64,000 nucleotides of DNA from Candidatus Bathyarchaeota archaeon (GCA_963775685.1 CAVZJV010000014.1:352001-416000); one strand, 5' to 3'; positions 42,749-54,113 are shown, counted from the first letter of the stretch. Numbers and translations: made by a program. Notes: a model not told the origin generated them from the sequence alone.

Positions 42749-43032
42749 TCAAAATTCAACCAACACTTTCTTTTTAATTTTTTTTTAAAAAAATACTGAT
42801 TCTAAAAGTACCTTCCAAATATCTAAGACGCGCTTGGCAATTAGGGAAAGATTTGGGTAAGATTTTGAAAAATTATTTAATAAGACTTTAGAGTTTTGGA
42901 TTGCAAGGAGACCGAGAAGGGATTTGAAAATGAAACCAAAGGCCATAAGCCCAATAATTGCCCAATTATTGAAAACCCCCATCAGGTTCCTTCTCGGTCA
43001 CCTGTTATTTTCAATATTTAAAGGTGTAATTT

Positions 43033-44484
43033 ATGGGAATAATTAATAGAGCTATACGGAACATCTCACGAAGAAAAATTCGAGCATTGTTAGTCATTAT
43101 TGCGTTAGGTTTCTCCATGGCAATCATGATATCCATTCCAGCAGGAGTAATAGCTAACCAGCAAACCGCCAATGATTTAGCGGCAAACCTAGGAAATACT
43201 ATAACTCAAACCGGACAATCGATCAACCAAACGTTAACGCAGATTGACTGTAGTTTAGCGCCGAGTTTTTCAGGCTTTGGATTCCGCGCACCCAGCTCAG
43301 GCAACTTTAATCCTAGTCAATTTAATCAGGGCGGCATTGGTAGCGGTAGAGGTTTTGATCCTAGCCAGTTTGGAGGTGGTGGTACCCCTGGGCAGTTTGG
43401 CGGCGGCGCATTTGGTGGCGGAGAAGCAAGTCCCATGAACGAGAGTCTCTACGTTGACATAAACAACTCCATTTCAGGTATTGCGGCAGTCGTGCCTATG
43501 CTGCAAGCTTCGGAGGGCCAGAACATTACGATGGAAATGTTTGACCGAACATTCACTCGATTATTGACAGATTATACAATTGATGGTATACCATTAACTT
43601 CAGATCTTATCACCACCTACCCAATATTAACAACAAACATAACTGCAGGACGAAACCTACAAGCAGGCGACAGCGGAGTGGTTCTGTTAAGCGAAAACAA
43701 CTCAGTATACTTCAACGCAGGCGTAGGCAACACGATTCAAATCCTTGGCCAAGACTTCACCGTAATAGGAATCCACGGCACTTCTTCAGCTTCCGACAGC
43801 CTTACTCTTTACATGAATCTATCTGACGCTCAATCATTAACCAACAACACTGGCTATATAACCAGCCTTCGAGTGTTTGCCCAAAGCAGCGACATCGTGA
43901 CGCAAGTAGCTAACTCCATAAGTACCCTGCACCCGGAACTCACAGTAACAACAGGTCAGGAACGTTTAACCCAGCTTGAAAACCTGCAGACAACATACAA
44001 TAGTGCACTAACGAATGCACAGAACTCCATAGGACAAACCCAAACAACTGCATTTGAAGAAATTATCGTTGTAGTAGCGGCAACAAGTCTCATAATTCTC
44101 TTCGTTATGCTCTACACCGTTAGGGAACGAACCAAAGAAATTGGCACACTAAAAGCGATAGGGTTCAGCAACGCAACCGTTATGGGACAATTCATCCTTG
44201 AAGGTATCCTTCTTAGCTTAATTGCAGGAATAGTCGGAGTAACAATCGGAACATTAGCTGCACCTACTCTTTCAGCTCTTCTGCTTCCCAGCTTAAACCT
44301 GTTTGGAACCCAAGGCACAAGCTTTGCAAGTAGCAGTACGCTTCCGACAGCTGCTGCATCAGTAAACTTGGAACTTGTTTTGATATCCTTTGGCGCAGCC
44401 CTGTTGCTTGGCACATTAGGGAGCATATACCCAGCATGGAGAGCCGCAAAAATTAGACCCGCAGAGGCGATGAAGTATGAGTAA
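43033..44484 (+). CDS. MacB/FtsX-type ABC transporter permease
   Basis: AIRNISRRK.R, VRERTKEIGTLKAIG, YPAWRAAKIRPAEA. Confidence 0.92.
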   Translation: MGIINRAIRNISRRKIRALLVIIALGFSMAIMISIPAGVIANQQTANDLAANLGNTITQTGQSINQTLTQIDCSLAPSFSGFGFRAPSSGNFNPSQFNQGGIGSGRGFDPSQFGGGGTPGQFGGGAFGGGEASPMNESLYVDINNSISGIAAVVPMLQASEGQNITMEMFDRTFTRLLTDYTIDGIPLTSDLITTYPILTTNITAGRNLQAGDSGVVLLSENNSVYFNAGVGNTIQILGQDFTVIGIHGTSSASDSLTLYMNLSDAQSLTNNTGYITSLRVFAQSSDIVTQVANSISTLHPELTVTTGQERLTQLENLQTTYNSALTNAQNSIGQTQTTAFEEIIVVVAATSLIILFVMLYTVRERTKEIGTLKAIGFSNATVMGQFILEGILLSLIAGIVGVTIGTLAAPTLSALLLPSLNLFGTQGTSFASSSTLPTAAASVNLELVLISFGAALLLGTLGSIYPAWRAAKIRPAEAMKYE

Positions 44485-45208
44485 ACCTATATTGCAAATA
44501 GAGAACCTGAACAAGACATTCATACTTGGAAAACGAGACATCAATGCCTTGTCCAATCTGAGTCTAACTGTTAACACTGGCGAATTCGTGGCAATTATGG
44601 GTCCGTCAGGTTCAGGCAAAACCACCCTGCTAAACGTCATTGGGTGCATTGACAAACCAACCAGCGGTCAAGTACTTCTAGATGGCATAGATGTTGGAAA
44701 AATGCCTGAAAACCAACTCTACAAGATACGCCGAGACAAGATGGGCTTTGTATTTCAAACCTTCAATCTGCTACCATACCTAAACGCACGAGAAAATGTA
44801 GAGCTCCCAATGGAAGGCAAGATCAAATCCAAGACCGAACGCAAAAAACGCGCAAGCGAACTTTTAGCAATGGTTGGGCTTTCAGGCAGAGAAAACCATC
44901 GTCCTCAACGCCTCAGTGCAGGGGAACAACAACGTGTCGCCATCGCACGTGCGTTAGCCAACAATCCAGCTTTCATTCTTGCAGATGAACCAACAGGAAA
45001 CCTGGACTGCCAAAATAAGCAAGAAATCATCAAGTTGCTTGCAAACCTCAACCTCACGAAAGGAACTACAATTATTATGGTCACGCATGACAGTCAAGCA
45101 GTAAACCATACTGAACGAATGCTACTGCTTAAGGATGGAAAAATAATCAAGGAGAAACAAGGGCTTCATTTGGCAAAAAAGAATAATGAAAGTCCCAATT
45201 GCAACTGA
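44477..45208 (+). CDS. ABC transporter ATP-binding protein (LolD/MacB type)
   Basis: [38 protein letters not shown]. Confidence 0.95.
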   Translation: MSKPILQIENLNKTFILGKRDINALSNLSLTVNTGEFVAIMGPSGSGKTTLLNVIGCIDKPTSGQVLLDGIDVGKMPENQLYKIRRDKMGFVFQTFNLLPYLNARENVELPMEGKIKSKTERKKRASELLAMVGLSGRENHRPQRLSAGEQQRVAIARALANNPAFILADEPTGNLDCQNKQEIIKLLANLNLTKGTTIIMVTHDSQAVNHTERMLLLKDGKIIKEKQGLHLAKKNNESPNCN

Positions 45209-45267
45209 GAAGTATTTCTCAGCGTAAATGAACAACGGACAAATATACTTTAACTTGAGGATTTTTA

Positions 45268-46470
45268 ATGGAAACTTCATCTATTCCTTCCCTTCCACTT
45301 CCAACAAAAACAGGCGTTTTTCAGCAGTCATGGTTTTAGCTCTTCTGTTAGTTTGTTTAATCGCAGGCGGATTAATCGGATACGCAGTAACCTACTCGGA
45401 CTTCAACCAAAAACTCAACACCTTAGAAGGCCAAATAGGGCTTAATCAAGGAGCAGGCAACGGTTCTGGTCAGACATTCATACTTAACGATAATATCTCG
45501 CTATCAAACCTCTATCAACAAGTTAAGTCTTCAGTTGTGGTAATCCAAGACCTTGTGCCTGTGCAAACTTTCTTTTTAGGAAAGGCTTACAGTTTGCAAC
45601 AGGGCTCAGGTTTCATAACGCAACTAAACGGACAACTCGTCATCGTTACCAACGAACACGTTATAGCCAATGCAATCAACGAAACCGTAACCTTCGCAAA
45701 CGGAGATGCTTACCCTGCCAAAGTGATAGGTTCAGATCCGCAAGCTGACCTAGCCGTCCTCACGATTTCCTCCATGCCCATCGGACTAACACCGCTGACT
45801 TTTGCCCACTCCGACTCCCTGCAGGTCGGACAACCAGTTGTTGCAGTCGGTTCACCCTACGGGCTATCAGGAACCTTAACCACAGGCGTCATCAGCTCAT
45901 TGGAGAGAACCATAATTGAAGATTCAAGCACAAACCAAAACGGTCAAATCATCGCAGACATAATCCAAACCAGCACCGCCATCAACCCCGGCAACTCAGG
46001 CGGCCCCCTCATCACCTACAGCGGCGAAGTCATCGGCATAACCACCGCAGGCATCAGCAACTCCCAAGGCTTAGGCTTTGCCATTCCTTCTGACACTATT
46101 ATTCGGGAACTCAGTTCATTGGTTTCTTCAGGTTCTTACACCGACCATCCATCCATTAATGCTCAGGGCACAGACATGAACTATAAAATCGCCCAAGCCA
46201 TGGGCGCCCCCGTCACCTACGGCTGGATAGTCGAGAGCGTCTCCGCAAACAACGGGCTCAAAGGCGGCAGCACCCAACAGTCCATCTTAGGCTCAAACTT
46301 CCAACTCGGCGGCGACATCATAATAGCCATCAACAACCAAAGAATAACCAAACACCGACGACCTTCTATCCTACCTCGAACAACACACCTTGCCAGGCCA
46401 AACCATCAACTTCACGATAATCAGAAACAGACAGCAGCAAACCCTCTCAGTCACCATAGGAAAAGCATAG
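45268..46470 (+). CDS. HtrA/DegP-like serine protease with PDZ domain (frameshifts near both ends)
   Basis: GSGF, VTNEHV, DLAVL, INPGNSGGPL, GDIIIAIN. Confidence 0.88.
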
Positions 46471-46714
46471 ACACCATCAGTCTTCTATCTGAGGCACTCA
46501 ACAGGGGAAGCGACAAAAATATTTTTAAAATAAACAATGCCAAAACAAATGCTAAAAGAAGTAATCAATCAATAAATTAAATTCTATAACCTGATTCCCA
46601 GAGCATTTAATTGCTGTAATCGCTGCTTCTATAAATTGATGGGTCTATTCTCGATAAAAAAAATAACAGGATAAGACACTATTTTTATAAGCTCAACGCT
46701 TGCAGTTAAATGTC

Positions 46715-47500
46715 ATGCAAGCTGAATTTGGAGTTATCGGTGGAACAGGACTTTATGACCCTAAGCTTCTCAAGAATGTTCAGGAAGTCTCGATGGATAC
46801 GCCTTACGGTAAACCCTCAGACGCTATCACCATTGGCGAGCTTAGCGGCAAATCTGTAGCGTTTCTGCCCAGACACGGAAAAAAACATACGATAAGACCG
46901 ACAGACATTAACGTTCGTGCCAACATCTTTGCCCTAAAAAAGTTAGGTGTAAAACGGATTTTAGCGCCATCAACGGTTGGTTCTTTACGAGAAGAGTATC
47001 ATCCGGGAGAAATCGCCTTCGTTGATCAATTCATAGATCGAACCACACGACGCGAACAATCATTCTACACTGAAGAAAGGGTATGTCACATATCTGTAGC
47101 TGAACCCATGTGCCCCGAAATCAGAAAAACTCTAATTGCCATCTCCAAAGGTATGGGCATAAGGATACATGAGACGGGAACCTACGTTTGCATTGAGGGT
47201 CCCCGTTTTTCAACTAAGGCTGAATCCAAAATGTACCGGCAATGGGGTGCAGATGTTGTTGGTATGACTTTGGTTCCTGAATGTGTACTTTCACGTGAAG
47301 CGGAAATCTGTTACGCAAACATTTCAACTGTTACTGACTATGACGTTTGGAAAGACCATGTTGTTAGTGTCGACGATATCTTGGCTACTATGAAGAGTAA
47401 TGTTGAGAACGTAAAACGTATAATTGCCGAAACCGTCGCCAAAACGTCAGCCGCATGTAGTTGCGGATGTGACCAAGCTTTGACAGGAGCATTCGTATAG
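46715..47500 (+). CDS. mtnP: S-methyl-5'-thioadenosine phosphorylase
   Basis: GVIGGTG, TPYGKPS, RHG, EGPRFSTKAES, VGMT, VTDYD. Confidence 0.92.
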   Translation: MQAEFGVIGGTGLYDPKLLKNVQEVSMDTPYGKPSDAITIGELSGKSVAFLPRHGKKHTIRPTDINVRANIFALKKLGVKRILAPSTVGSLREEYHPGEIAFVDQFIDRTTRREQSFYTEERVCHISVAEPMCPEIRKTLIAISKGMGIRIHETGTYVCIEGPRFSTKAESKMYRQWGADVVGMTLVPECVLSREAEICYANISTVTDYDVWKDHVVSVDDILATMKSNVENVKRIIAETVAKTSAACSCGCDQALTGAFV

Positions 47501-47515
47501 AAGGAGGATAAACAA

Positions 47516-48058
47516 ACGAACAAAACCGACAAACAAATTGATTTAAAGTCAAAAGTCCGAAGAATTCCTGAGTTCAAAGGTGTGGTCTTTTGGGATATAA
47601 CCCCTCTTTTAAAAGACAAAACTTGTTTTCAAGAATGCATCAAACAGTTAGCGGACCATTATAGGGACAAACCCATAGATATTGTCGTCTCAAACGAGGC
47701 AAGAGGATTCATCATCGGTGCTCCTTTGGCGTACGAACTTGGGGTGGGCTTTGTTCCCATACGCAAAAAAGGGAAATTACCCTACAAATGCGTGGATTTA
47801 ACCTACAAGAAAGAATACGAATGCGACACCATTGAGATCCACCAGGACGCCATAGAAAAAGGCCAGAATGTTTTGCTCGTTGACGATTTGCTGGCAACCG
47901 GGGGAACAGTGAAAGCTAACATTGAATTGGTAGAGACTTTAGGCGGTAAAATTGTTGGCATAGGTTTCCTTATCGAGCTTGGCTATTTGGAAGGCCGGAA
48001 AGCCTTGGGAAAAAAACACGAAATCTTTTCGCTGATTCAGCTACCAACCACAAATTGA
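47516..48058 (+). CDS. apt: Adenine phosphoribosyltransferase
   Basis: RIPEF.GVVFWDIT, EARGF, RKKGKLP, VDDLLATGGT. Start codon uncertain (see findings). Confidence 0.92.
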   Translation, partial: TNKTDKQIDLKSKVRRIPEFKGVVFWDITPLLKDKTCFQECIKQLADHYRDKPIDIVVSNEARGFIIGAPLAYELGVGFVPIRKKGKLPYKCVDLTYKKEYECDTIEIHQDAIEKGQNVLLVDDLLATGGTVKANIELVETLGGKIVGIGFLIELGYLEGRKALGKKHEIFSLIQLPTTN

Positions 48059-48343
48059 TAAATAACCAGGCAGAAACTAAACCATTTATTTTGGCCTTGA
48101 TATTAGAAAGCATAAGTCAAGCACATTTCCTCTACTGCCTTTTTTGAGGAAGAAATTTTTTGTGAATAGACACATGTTTTTTTGCGCCTTTCTGCGGAAA
48201 AAATCAGGTTGCGCTAAGCCCCCGGTTCCTCCGGCCGACATCAGAAACACTTCAACCAATTTATTATGATTTGTTGTTGTATTATGACTGCAACTTAAAT
48301 TTAATAACTAATTCAGGAATATATTTAATTTGGAAATTTTGAG

Positions 48344-48655
48344 GTGGATTTTTTGGAGAATGTTTTTGTAGATATTGAAGCAAAAGTTAGCGACAAATAT
48401 TATGAAGCAAAAACTCCTAAGAAAACCCAAAGAAGCGCTTATGTCTTTATGACCACCGAATCTGCTGCAAACCAAATTGCGGTTGAAGAACTAAAGAAGA
48501 TTGCTGAGGTTAAAGAGGTATATCTTGCTCACGGCGCCTATGATCTTGTCGCGAAGGTTAGTGGCGAATCTTTTGATCATCTAAAGGAGATTGTTCATAA
48601 AAGAATAGGAAACCTTAGCAACATCAAATCGACTTTGACCTTAACTGTGATCTAA
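48344..48655 (+). CDS. Stand-alone Lrp/AsnC RAM domain protein
   Basis: AYVFM...GAYDLVAKV...IKSTLTLTV. Confidence 0.85.
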   Translation: MDFLENVFVDIEAKVSDKYYEAKTPKKTQRSAYVFMTTESAANQIAVEELKKIAEVKEVYLAHGAYDLVAKVSGESFDHLKEIVHKRIGNLSNIKSTLTLTVI

Positions 48656-49044
48656 ACATTAGGCAGCATATTTCGCCAATATAGGTACTTTCGCATTTCT
48701 TCTAAGTATTCGGCAAACAACATTTCCTTACTTTTCGATTTATAGCAAAAGCCTTTTACTTTATTTTGCAGATTTTCTATAATTTTTAACTCAACAAGTT
48801 TAGCAGCGTCGCCGAAAATGGATTCAATAGCATTAGTGAAGCCTTCAATGTGGTAGGGGATTTGTTCTTTTTTGATCCCATCATTGGTTTCTATGTAGCT
48901 GTATGTGGCTCTCTTAACGTTCTCTCCGAATGAGGTGAAGATTTCGTCGATTGCTTCTGCGACTGTATTTTCAAAAGAGGTCGAGGGCTCTTTTTTGATT
49001 GATAAATCGATTGTTGCGGTTAGGGAGGTTAATTGTTGGGTCAT
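48652..49044 (-). CDS. Hypothetical protein (small helical, archaeal)
   Basis: EAIDE...GE...IE.F..AIESIFG.AAKLVELKI. Confidence 0.65.
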   Translation of the reverse strand: MTQQLTSLTATIDLSIKKEPSTSFENTVAEAIDEIFTSFGENVKRATYSYIETNDGIKKEQIPYHIEGFTNAIESIFGDAAKLVELKIIENLQNKVKGFCYKSKSKEMLFAEYLEEMRKYLYWRNMLPNV

Positions 49045-49499
49045 TTTATTTTTTCATCCTTGTTCGGCTTAGTTACCATTGTATCTTGATTGTTAATATA
49101 TCAGTTATTTTTATTTCGATATATTCCCAAAGTCGATATATACAAAAAAGAGTGATTAACAGAAAAAGAGAAAGAACCAAAAAACTATGAGTTTGCCTCA
49201 GAGCTCAACATTGTCTTCAGATCGATTTTGCAGCTTTCTATTCTATGGCTTTTTCCTAATGCTTTCATACTTGTGATTCCAAAACTCATCCGAAGGGACC
49301 GCAAAAAAGTTAACAAGGAAAAATTAAAGGCATTGAAGCCAAAACTTGCTATTGATGTGGTCCAGAAAATCGGGTGGCGCTTTTAATAAAAGTCCAAGCG
49401 AAGAGTCCGTTTTGCAGGTATATCAGAAACAACTTGACATTTCCTGAGCGTTAATTATGGAAGCAGAAGAAGTTTCAGTTATCCCATAAAAACACGAAG

Positions 49500-50051
49500 C
49501 TAATTAAAAACGTCGTTAGCTGCCTTAGCATAGACTTCAAAGTCTCTCTGAGAGAACAATACAAATGTGACCTTCTCTATTCTGTCTTCTTTCTCCAAAA
49601 ACGTCTTAACCGTAGCTAAAGCTATGTGGCTGGCTTCATCAATTGGGTATCTATACGCTCCGGTACTGATCGATGGAAACGCAATTGTTTTAAGTCCTTT
49701 AGAAACGGAAAGTTTCAATGTATTCCTATATGCTTGTTTTAGAAGTTCTGCCTCAACATGTAAGCCGCCAAGCCAAACAGGGCCAACCGTGTGAATAACA
49801 TGTTTAGCCTTCAAATTCCCGCCTGAGGTGATGACTGCTTTTCCAGTAGGCAATCCATCAGGCCACTCCGTTTCCCGTATACGTTTGCATTCTTCAAGAA
49901 TTTTAGGTCCTCCCTTCAGGTGTATCGCTCCGTCTACTCCTCCGCCTCCTAAAAGGGTCGAGTTAGCCGCATTCACAATGGCGTCAGCTTTAACGTCTGT
50001 AATGTCACCAACGATTAGCCGCAGAATAGCTTCTCCGACTTTAAATTCCAT
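49500..50051 (-). CDS. Macro domain O-acetyl-ADP-ribose deacetylase (YmdB-like)
   Basis: GDIT, AIVNAAN, GGGGVDGAIH, HTVGP, FPSISTGAY. Confidence 0.93.
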   Translation of the reverse strand: MEFKVGEAILRLIVGDITDVKADAIVNAANSTLLGGGGVDGAIHLKGGPKILEECKRIRETEWPDGLPTGKAVITSGGNLKAKHVIHTVGPVWLGGLHVEAELLKQAYRNTLKLSVSKGLKTIAFPSISTGAYRYPIDEASHIALATVKTFLEKEDRIEKVTFVLFSQRDFEVYAKAANDVFN

Positions 50052-50270
50052 AAACAAATGTTACCTTGTAAGCATATATAACTTTGACATACAAGTAACT
50101 AGAAACGATTCGCCCTTCCAACTTTATTTCACTTTTTCCTAACTACGTACTGACGCTGAAAATTCCGATTCAAAAAAAAACAATATCAATAAAACAAGTC
50201 ATGAGATTTCTGCAAAAAACTTATTTCTTTTTTCAGACAAATATTCCATTAAACCTTTTGTTAAAATGGA

Positions 50271-50909
50271 TTAAATTCCTGTCCAAAGGGTCCACAATGC
50301 TGAACTCATGAAGTATCCACCAAATCCGATGAACACCGTCACACAGAAAAATGTAATTACCATATTTACCCTCTCTGTCCAGAACTTCTGAGACTTAAAA
50401 ATCAATAAAGCCACCCCAGTGTACCATGAGAAATCTGTTAGCCAATGCACCCCTGCGAAAACAGAAAAACCCAGTAGCCCAAACAGTTTAGCATTCAAAA
50501 TGAGTGTAGTACCGATGGTCAGCCACCAAAGTATGAAACCGGCATTTGCAGCCGTTGTCCATGCACCTGCAAGCACAGAATCTCGTTTAAAACTCACAGA
50601 TGTAGCTTCTTGTTTGTGTCTGTTGTGAAAAGCTTGTAATCCCATTAGAATCATGAGCAAACCACCAATCAAACCGACTGCAATTTGCACAACACTTGGT
50701 ATGTCAAATTGACTAAGCAGAAAGAAAATCAGAAACATTAATGGAAACTCTACAATACCATGACCGACTGCGATCAGCGCACCCGCTGTCTTGCTTTTCG
50801 CAGATTTTTTCAGGGTAACAGCGAACAATGGTCCAGGCAACAGAACACCTGAAAGCGAAATTAGCAGAACTGAAGCTAAGAACAAGTAGAAACCTGTAAT
50901 GTACTCCAT
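50271..50909 (-). CDS. LysE family translocator
   Basis: SLSGVLLPGPL, GHGIVE, N.GFILWWLTIG, HW..D..WY. Confidence 0.88.
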   Translation of the reverse strand: MEYITGFYLFLASVLLISLSGVLLPGPLFAVTLKKSAKSKTAGALIAVGHGIVEFPLMFLIFFLLSQFDIPSVVQIAVGLIGGLLMILMGLQAFHNRHKQEATSVSFKRDSVLAGAWTTAANAGFILWWLTIGTTLILNAKLFGLLGFSVFAGVHWLTDFSWYTGVALLIFKSQKFWTERVNMVITFFCVTVFIGFGGYFMSSALWTLWTGI

Positions 50910-50976
50910 GCTTCAGGTCTTCCTATACCTTTTTGAGTAAATTTTGCATGGTCGGCAATAAGCGTTTTTGGATCCT

Positions 50977-50998
50977 GTATACAAAAGCATCAACAAAC
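50977..50998 (+). repeat. Dispersed motif copy 1 (degenerate)
   Basis: GTATACAAAAGCATCAACAAAC. Confidence 0.7.
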
Positions 50999-51003
50999 AC
51001 ATC

Positions 51004-51561
51004 TTATTCGCATTTTTTGCTCTTAAGAAGCCTATTTTGCATTTCAACGATACCAGCGCTATCTTTAGCGGTCACGTAATTGTCCAGCAACATGCCATTA
51101 AGCTCAAGGAAGGTGTGTCCCCAAGTAAAAATCGACAACAGCTGCGCTGCCTCCTCTTCAAAACCAGCAATATACAATGCGGCAGCGATCGCTTCAGCTG
51201 TAGTTAACTTGGTAAGCTTGCCAAAATTCACCGGGTTACCCGCAATCAGAATGGGCAAGCAACGGCTCGTACCTCTAACATGTACACCCATAACCTTTTG
51301 GGCGTGTTCCCAACTGCAATCCAAAGCAGCTAAACCAAAATGCTCAATCCGCTCCCTGTCTGCGGGGGAAAAAGCAATTTCACTAAAAGGGTTCAGCACT
51401 ATTGCCCGATTCGGTAAAAACCTTATCCGCGTGACTATCCTGGCAAATCCTCTACGTTTCAGCCTCAAGGCAGTGTTTTTTTTAGGGTCATCTTGGGCGG
51501 CATGGTAAATCGTAATCCTTACAGGCAAACTTGTTTTTACGGCTTCCTTATCAGTTTCCAC
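51004..51561 (-). CDS. tsr3: 16S rRNA aminocarboxypropyltransferase
   Basis: DDPKKNTA, LDCSW, LPILIAGNPVNFG, LTTAEA, FTWGHTFLELN. Confidence 0.93.
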   Translation of the reverse strand: METDKEAVKTSLPVRITIYHAAQDDPKKNTALRLKRRGFARIVTRIRFLPNRAIVLNPFSEIAFSPADRERIEHFGLAALDCSWEHAQKVMGVHVRGTSRCLPILIAGNPVNFGKLTKLTTAEAIAAALYIAGFEEEAAQLLSIFTWGHTFLELNGMLLDNYVTAKDSAGIVEMQNRLLKSKKCE

Positions 51562-53092
51562 TTGTTTTGCGCACCTTCAAATGGCTCATTGGGTCATCAA
51601 GAATCCTGGGAACCCACTCAATTATGTCCGTAGCAACCATGTGAAAACCAATCTCAGATGCAACAAAATCACCTGCAGCACCGTTAACAAACGCTCCAGC
51701 CACTGCAGCCTCAAACGCATTAACTTTCTGAGACATAAAGCCACCAACTATTCCACTGAGAACATCACCTGTTCCGCCAACGGTCATTCCTGGATTGCCC
51801 GTAAAATTCAGCTTCAAACGCTCAGCATCGCATATCACGTCAACTTTGCTCTTCACCAAAACAGTAGCATTTAGTCTTTTGGCAGTTTTCTGAATTGCAA
51901 CAATTCGTTCTTCTTGGTTTTCAGGCAACTCTTCACCCGTTAATATGGTGAATTCGCCCACATGAGGTGTTAAAACAAGCGGCACTTTTAGCTGGCGTTT
52001 GAATTTGGCGAACGCTTTCAGTCCGTCCGCATCCAAAAGCAACGCTATTTTAGCTTTTTCAATTTCTTCCACACATGATTTAACAAATTTTGCAGTTTCA
52101 GGGTTCACACCCAAGCCCGGACCTATAACAACTGCATCAACCATGCCCAAGTAAGGTCTGAGGGTAACCATGTTTTGGAGGTTAAGGTTGTCACCCTCGA
52201 GTTTTATCGTTATCAAGTCAGGAGACATAGACGAAATCGCATAAGCCGTCTTTGCTGGAGCGGCAAGATAAACGATGTCTACGCCCGTTCGCAAGGCAGC
52301 CAACGAAACCAAAGTGGGAGCACCAGAGTAAACTTCGCTGCCGCCGATAACGAGTAGTCTTCCGAATTCTCCCTTGTGGGCTGTTGGGCTGCGTGGTTTA
52401 GTGGCAAGTAACACATCGCCTGGACCTACAAACCGTTCAATCTCTGATGGCAAACCTATGTCGACAACAGCAAGTTCGCCTACGTATTTCTTTGCTTTAT
52501 CCAGACCAGACTTTGCCTTATGGAATGTTATTGTAAGGTCTGCTTTTACAGCTGTACCTAACACTTCTCCAATGTCTGATTCGATTCCTGTAGGTACGTC
52601 AACAGCTATTTTGAAGCCGCTTAAGGAGTTGATGTAATCAACTGTCTTGGATATTGGAGGTTTTAGCTTTCCTTTTGTCCCTGTTCCAAGAAGGGCGTCA
52701 ATAACTATGCCAGCGGTCACTTTAGGGATAAGTGAACTATCCGTTACTTCAAGCAATGTGACCTTACCCTCAAGTGACTCAAGAATACCCCAGTTTCTGA
52801 ATGCAGCCTCATGGTTGATGTTGCGACTCTTGCCAACCAAAATCACTGTAACATCAAACCCTTCAGCTAAAAGATGCCTGGCAGCAACAAAGCCGTCGCC
52901 ACCGTTGCCGCCTAAACCACAGAAAATCACGGCTTTCTTGTTCTTCTGGAAGCGTGTGATGATTTCTTGAGCCACGCTTCGGCCAGCGTTCTCCATAAGT
53001 TGAAGTAGGCTAATACCGAAGTATTGTGCGTTGACTTCTAAAGCACGCATTTCTCGGCTAGTGATGTTGAGAGTTTTGTTTTTTGGCTGCAT
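51551..53092 (-). CDS. nnr: Bifunctional NAD(P)H-hydrate epimerase/dehydratase
   Basis: LMENAG, GGNGGDG, HKG.FG, DADG, TPH.GE, GGTGDVL. Confidence 0.93.
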   Translation of the reverse strand: MQPKNKTLNITSREMRALEVNAQYFGISLLQLMENAGRSVAQEIITRFQKNKKAVIFCGLGGNGGDGFVAARHLLAEGFDVTVILVGKSRNINHEAAFRNWGILESLEGKVTLLEVTDSSLIPKVTAGIVIDALLGTGTKGKLKPPISKTVDYINSLSGFKIAVDVPTGIESDIGEVLGTAVKADLTITFHKAKSGLDKAKKYVGELAVVDIGLPSEIERFVGPGDVLLATKPRSPTAHKGEFGRLLVIGGSEVYSGAPTLVSLAALRTGVDIVYLAAPAKTAYAISSMSPDLITIKLEGDNLNLQNMVTLRPYLGMVDAVVIGPGLGVNPETAKFVKSCVEEIEKAKIALLLDADGLKAFAKFKRQLKVPLVLTPHVGEFTILTGEELPENQEERIVAIQKTAKRLNATVLVKSKVDVICDAERLKLNFTGNPGMTVGGTGDVLSGIVGGFMSQKVNAFEAAVAGAFVNGAAGDFVASEIGFHMVATDIIEWVPRILDDPMSHLKVRKTSGN

Positions 53093-53147
53093 ATTAACGC
53101 CTAGTTACTATTGTAACATGGTTAAAAGATAAGTATATCCTTGAGCG

Positions 53148-53170
53148 GTATACGAAAGCATCCCCCAAAC
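53148..53170 (+). repeat. Dispersed motif copy 2
   Basis: GTATACGAAAGCATCCCCCAAAC; identical to copy 5 over 27 bp. Confidence 0.9.
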
Positions 53171-54113
53171 ACACAAAATCTGCCTCTGATCCATACCGCA
53201 ATATTCAGAAATTTAAAAAAATTCGAAGTTAAACGAACCTTATATATTCATGGCAGCCATCTGAACTAAGTGGAGGAGTATACATACTTATAACTCCTCA
53301 ATACAACGATCTGTGAAGAAAATGTGGGCTACCTTTTGCGGTAAATCTCAAAAATCCTAAAATAATGGCCAACAATGACTATTTTTTGTGGGCAGCAAGG
53401 TATAGAAGCTATGCAGAAGGCAGATTTAGTTCCAAAACTCGACCACAGCGATTGTTCTATTCTGTTTATCCAAAACTTTGTTCTACTTGCGGTGGTTTGT
53501 TGTGTCTCTTTGATCCAATAGTTTGGCTTACAAATCAGAGTCTGAACGGTTTTAGGTTAATTTCCTTTTTGGTTCAGGCGGAAAAAAATCGAATGGTCAT
53601 TTTTTACATTATAAAGTTAAAAAACCCTTTAATTATATGATAAAAATTAATGATATAATTAAAAATGTCCCTTGTCTGGCTTGATTAAAGGGTTATAGAC
53701 GACGAAGGACAACAGTGTCAATTGCCCCAAAAATTGCATACCCTTAGATTTTTTAAAAAAATTTTTAAATTGGATTTTAGAAAACGCTTACTTATTTTTT
53801 GATCAAGCGCTCTTTAAATTGTCATGTCGGGAGATAAATATTGTTGAGGTGACAAGCAATTCGGAAACACGCCTATGTTCTCCGAAACGAATTCTTCTAT
53901 ATTATCCAAATCCTCAGTTGTTAACCTCGAAATACATCGTACTCACCGAAAACAATGTTTGCTTTGGGATTTCCTTGAACTCAATGAGTTTTTGGGCAAC
54001 TTCTCTTTCAATTCCAGAACCAACTTTAAAAAGGACATATAGCATCGCAAAAAAGTTTATCCATATCTTCAATCTTATTCTAATTCAGGTTCAGTAACTT
54101 CTGAAAGGAATCT

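Noticed and set aside
53148-53170. Motif as a canonical ORB
   Set aside because: Lacks the TTCCA...GAAA core, the G-run is on the opposite strand relative to GAAA, and no cdc6/orc1 gene is in the window.
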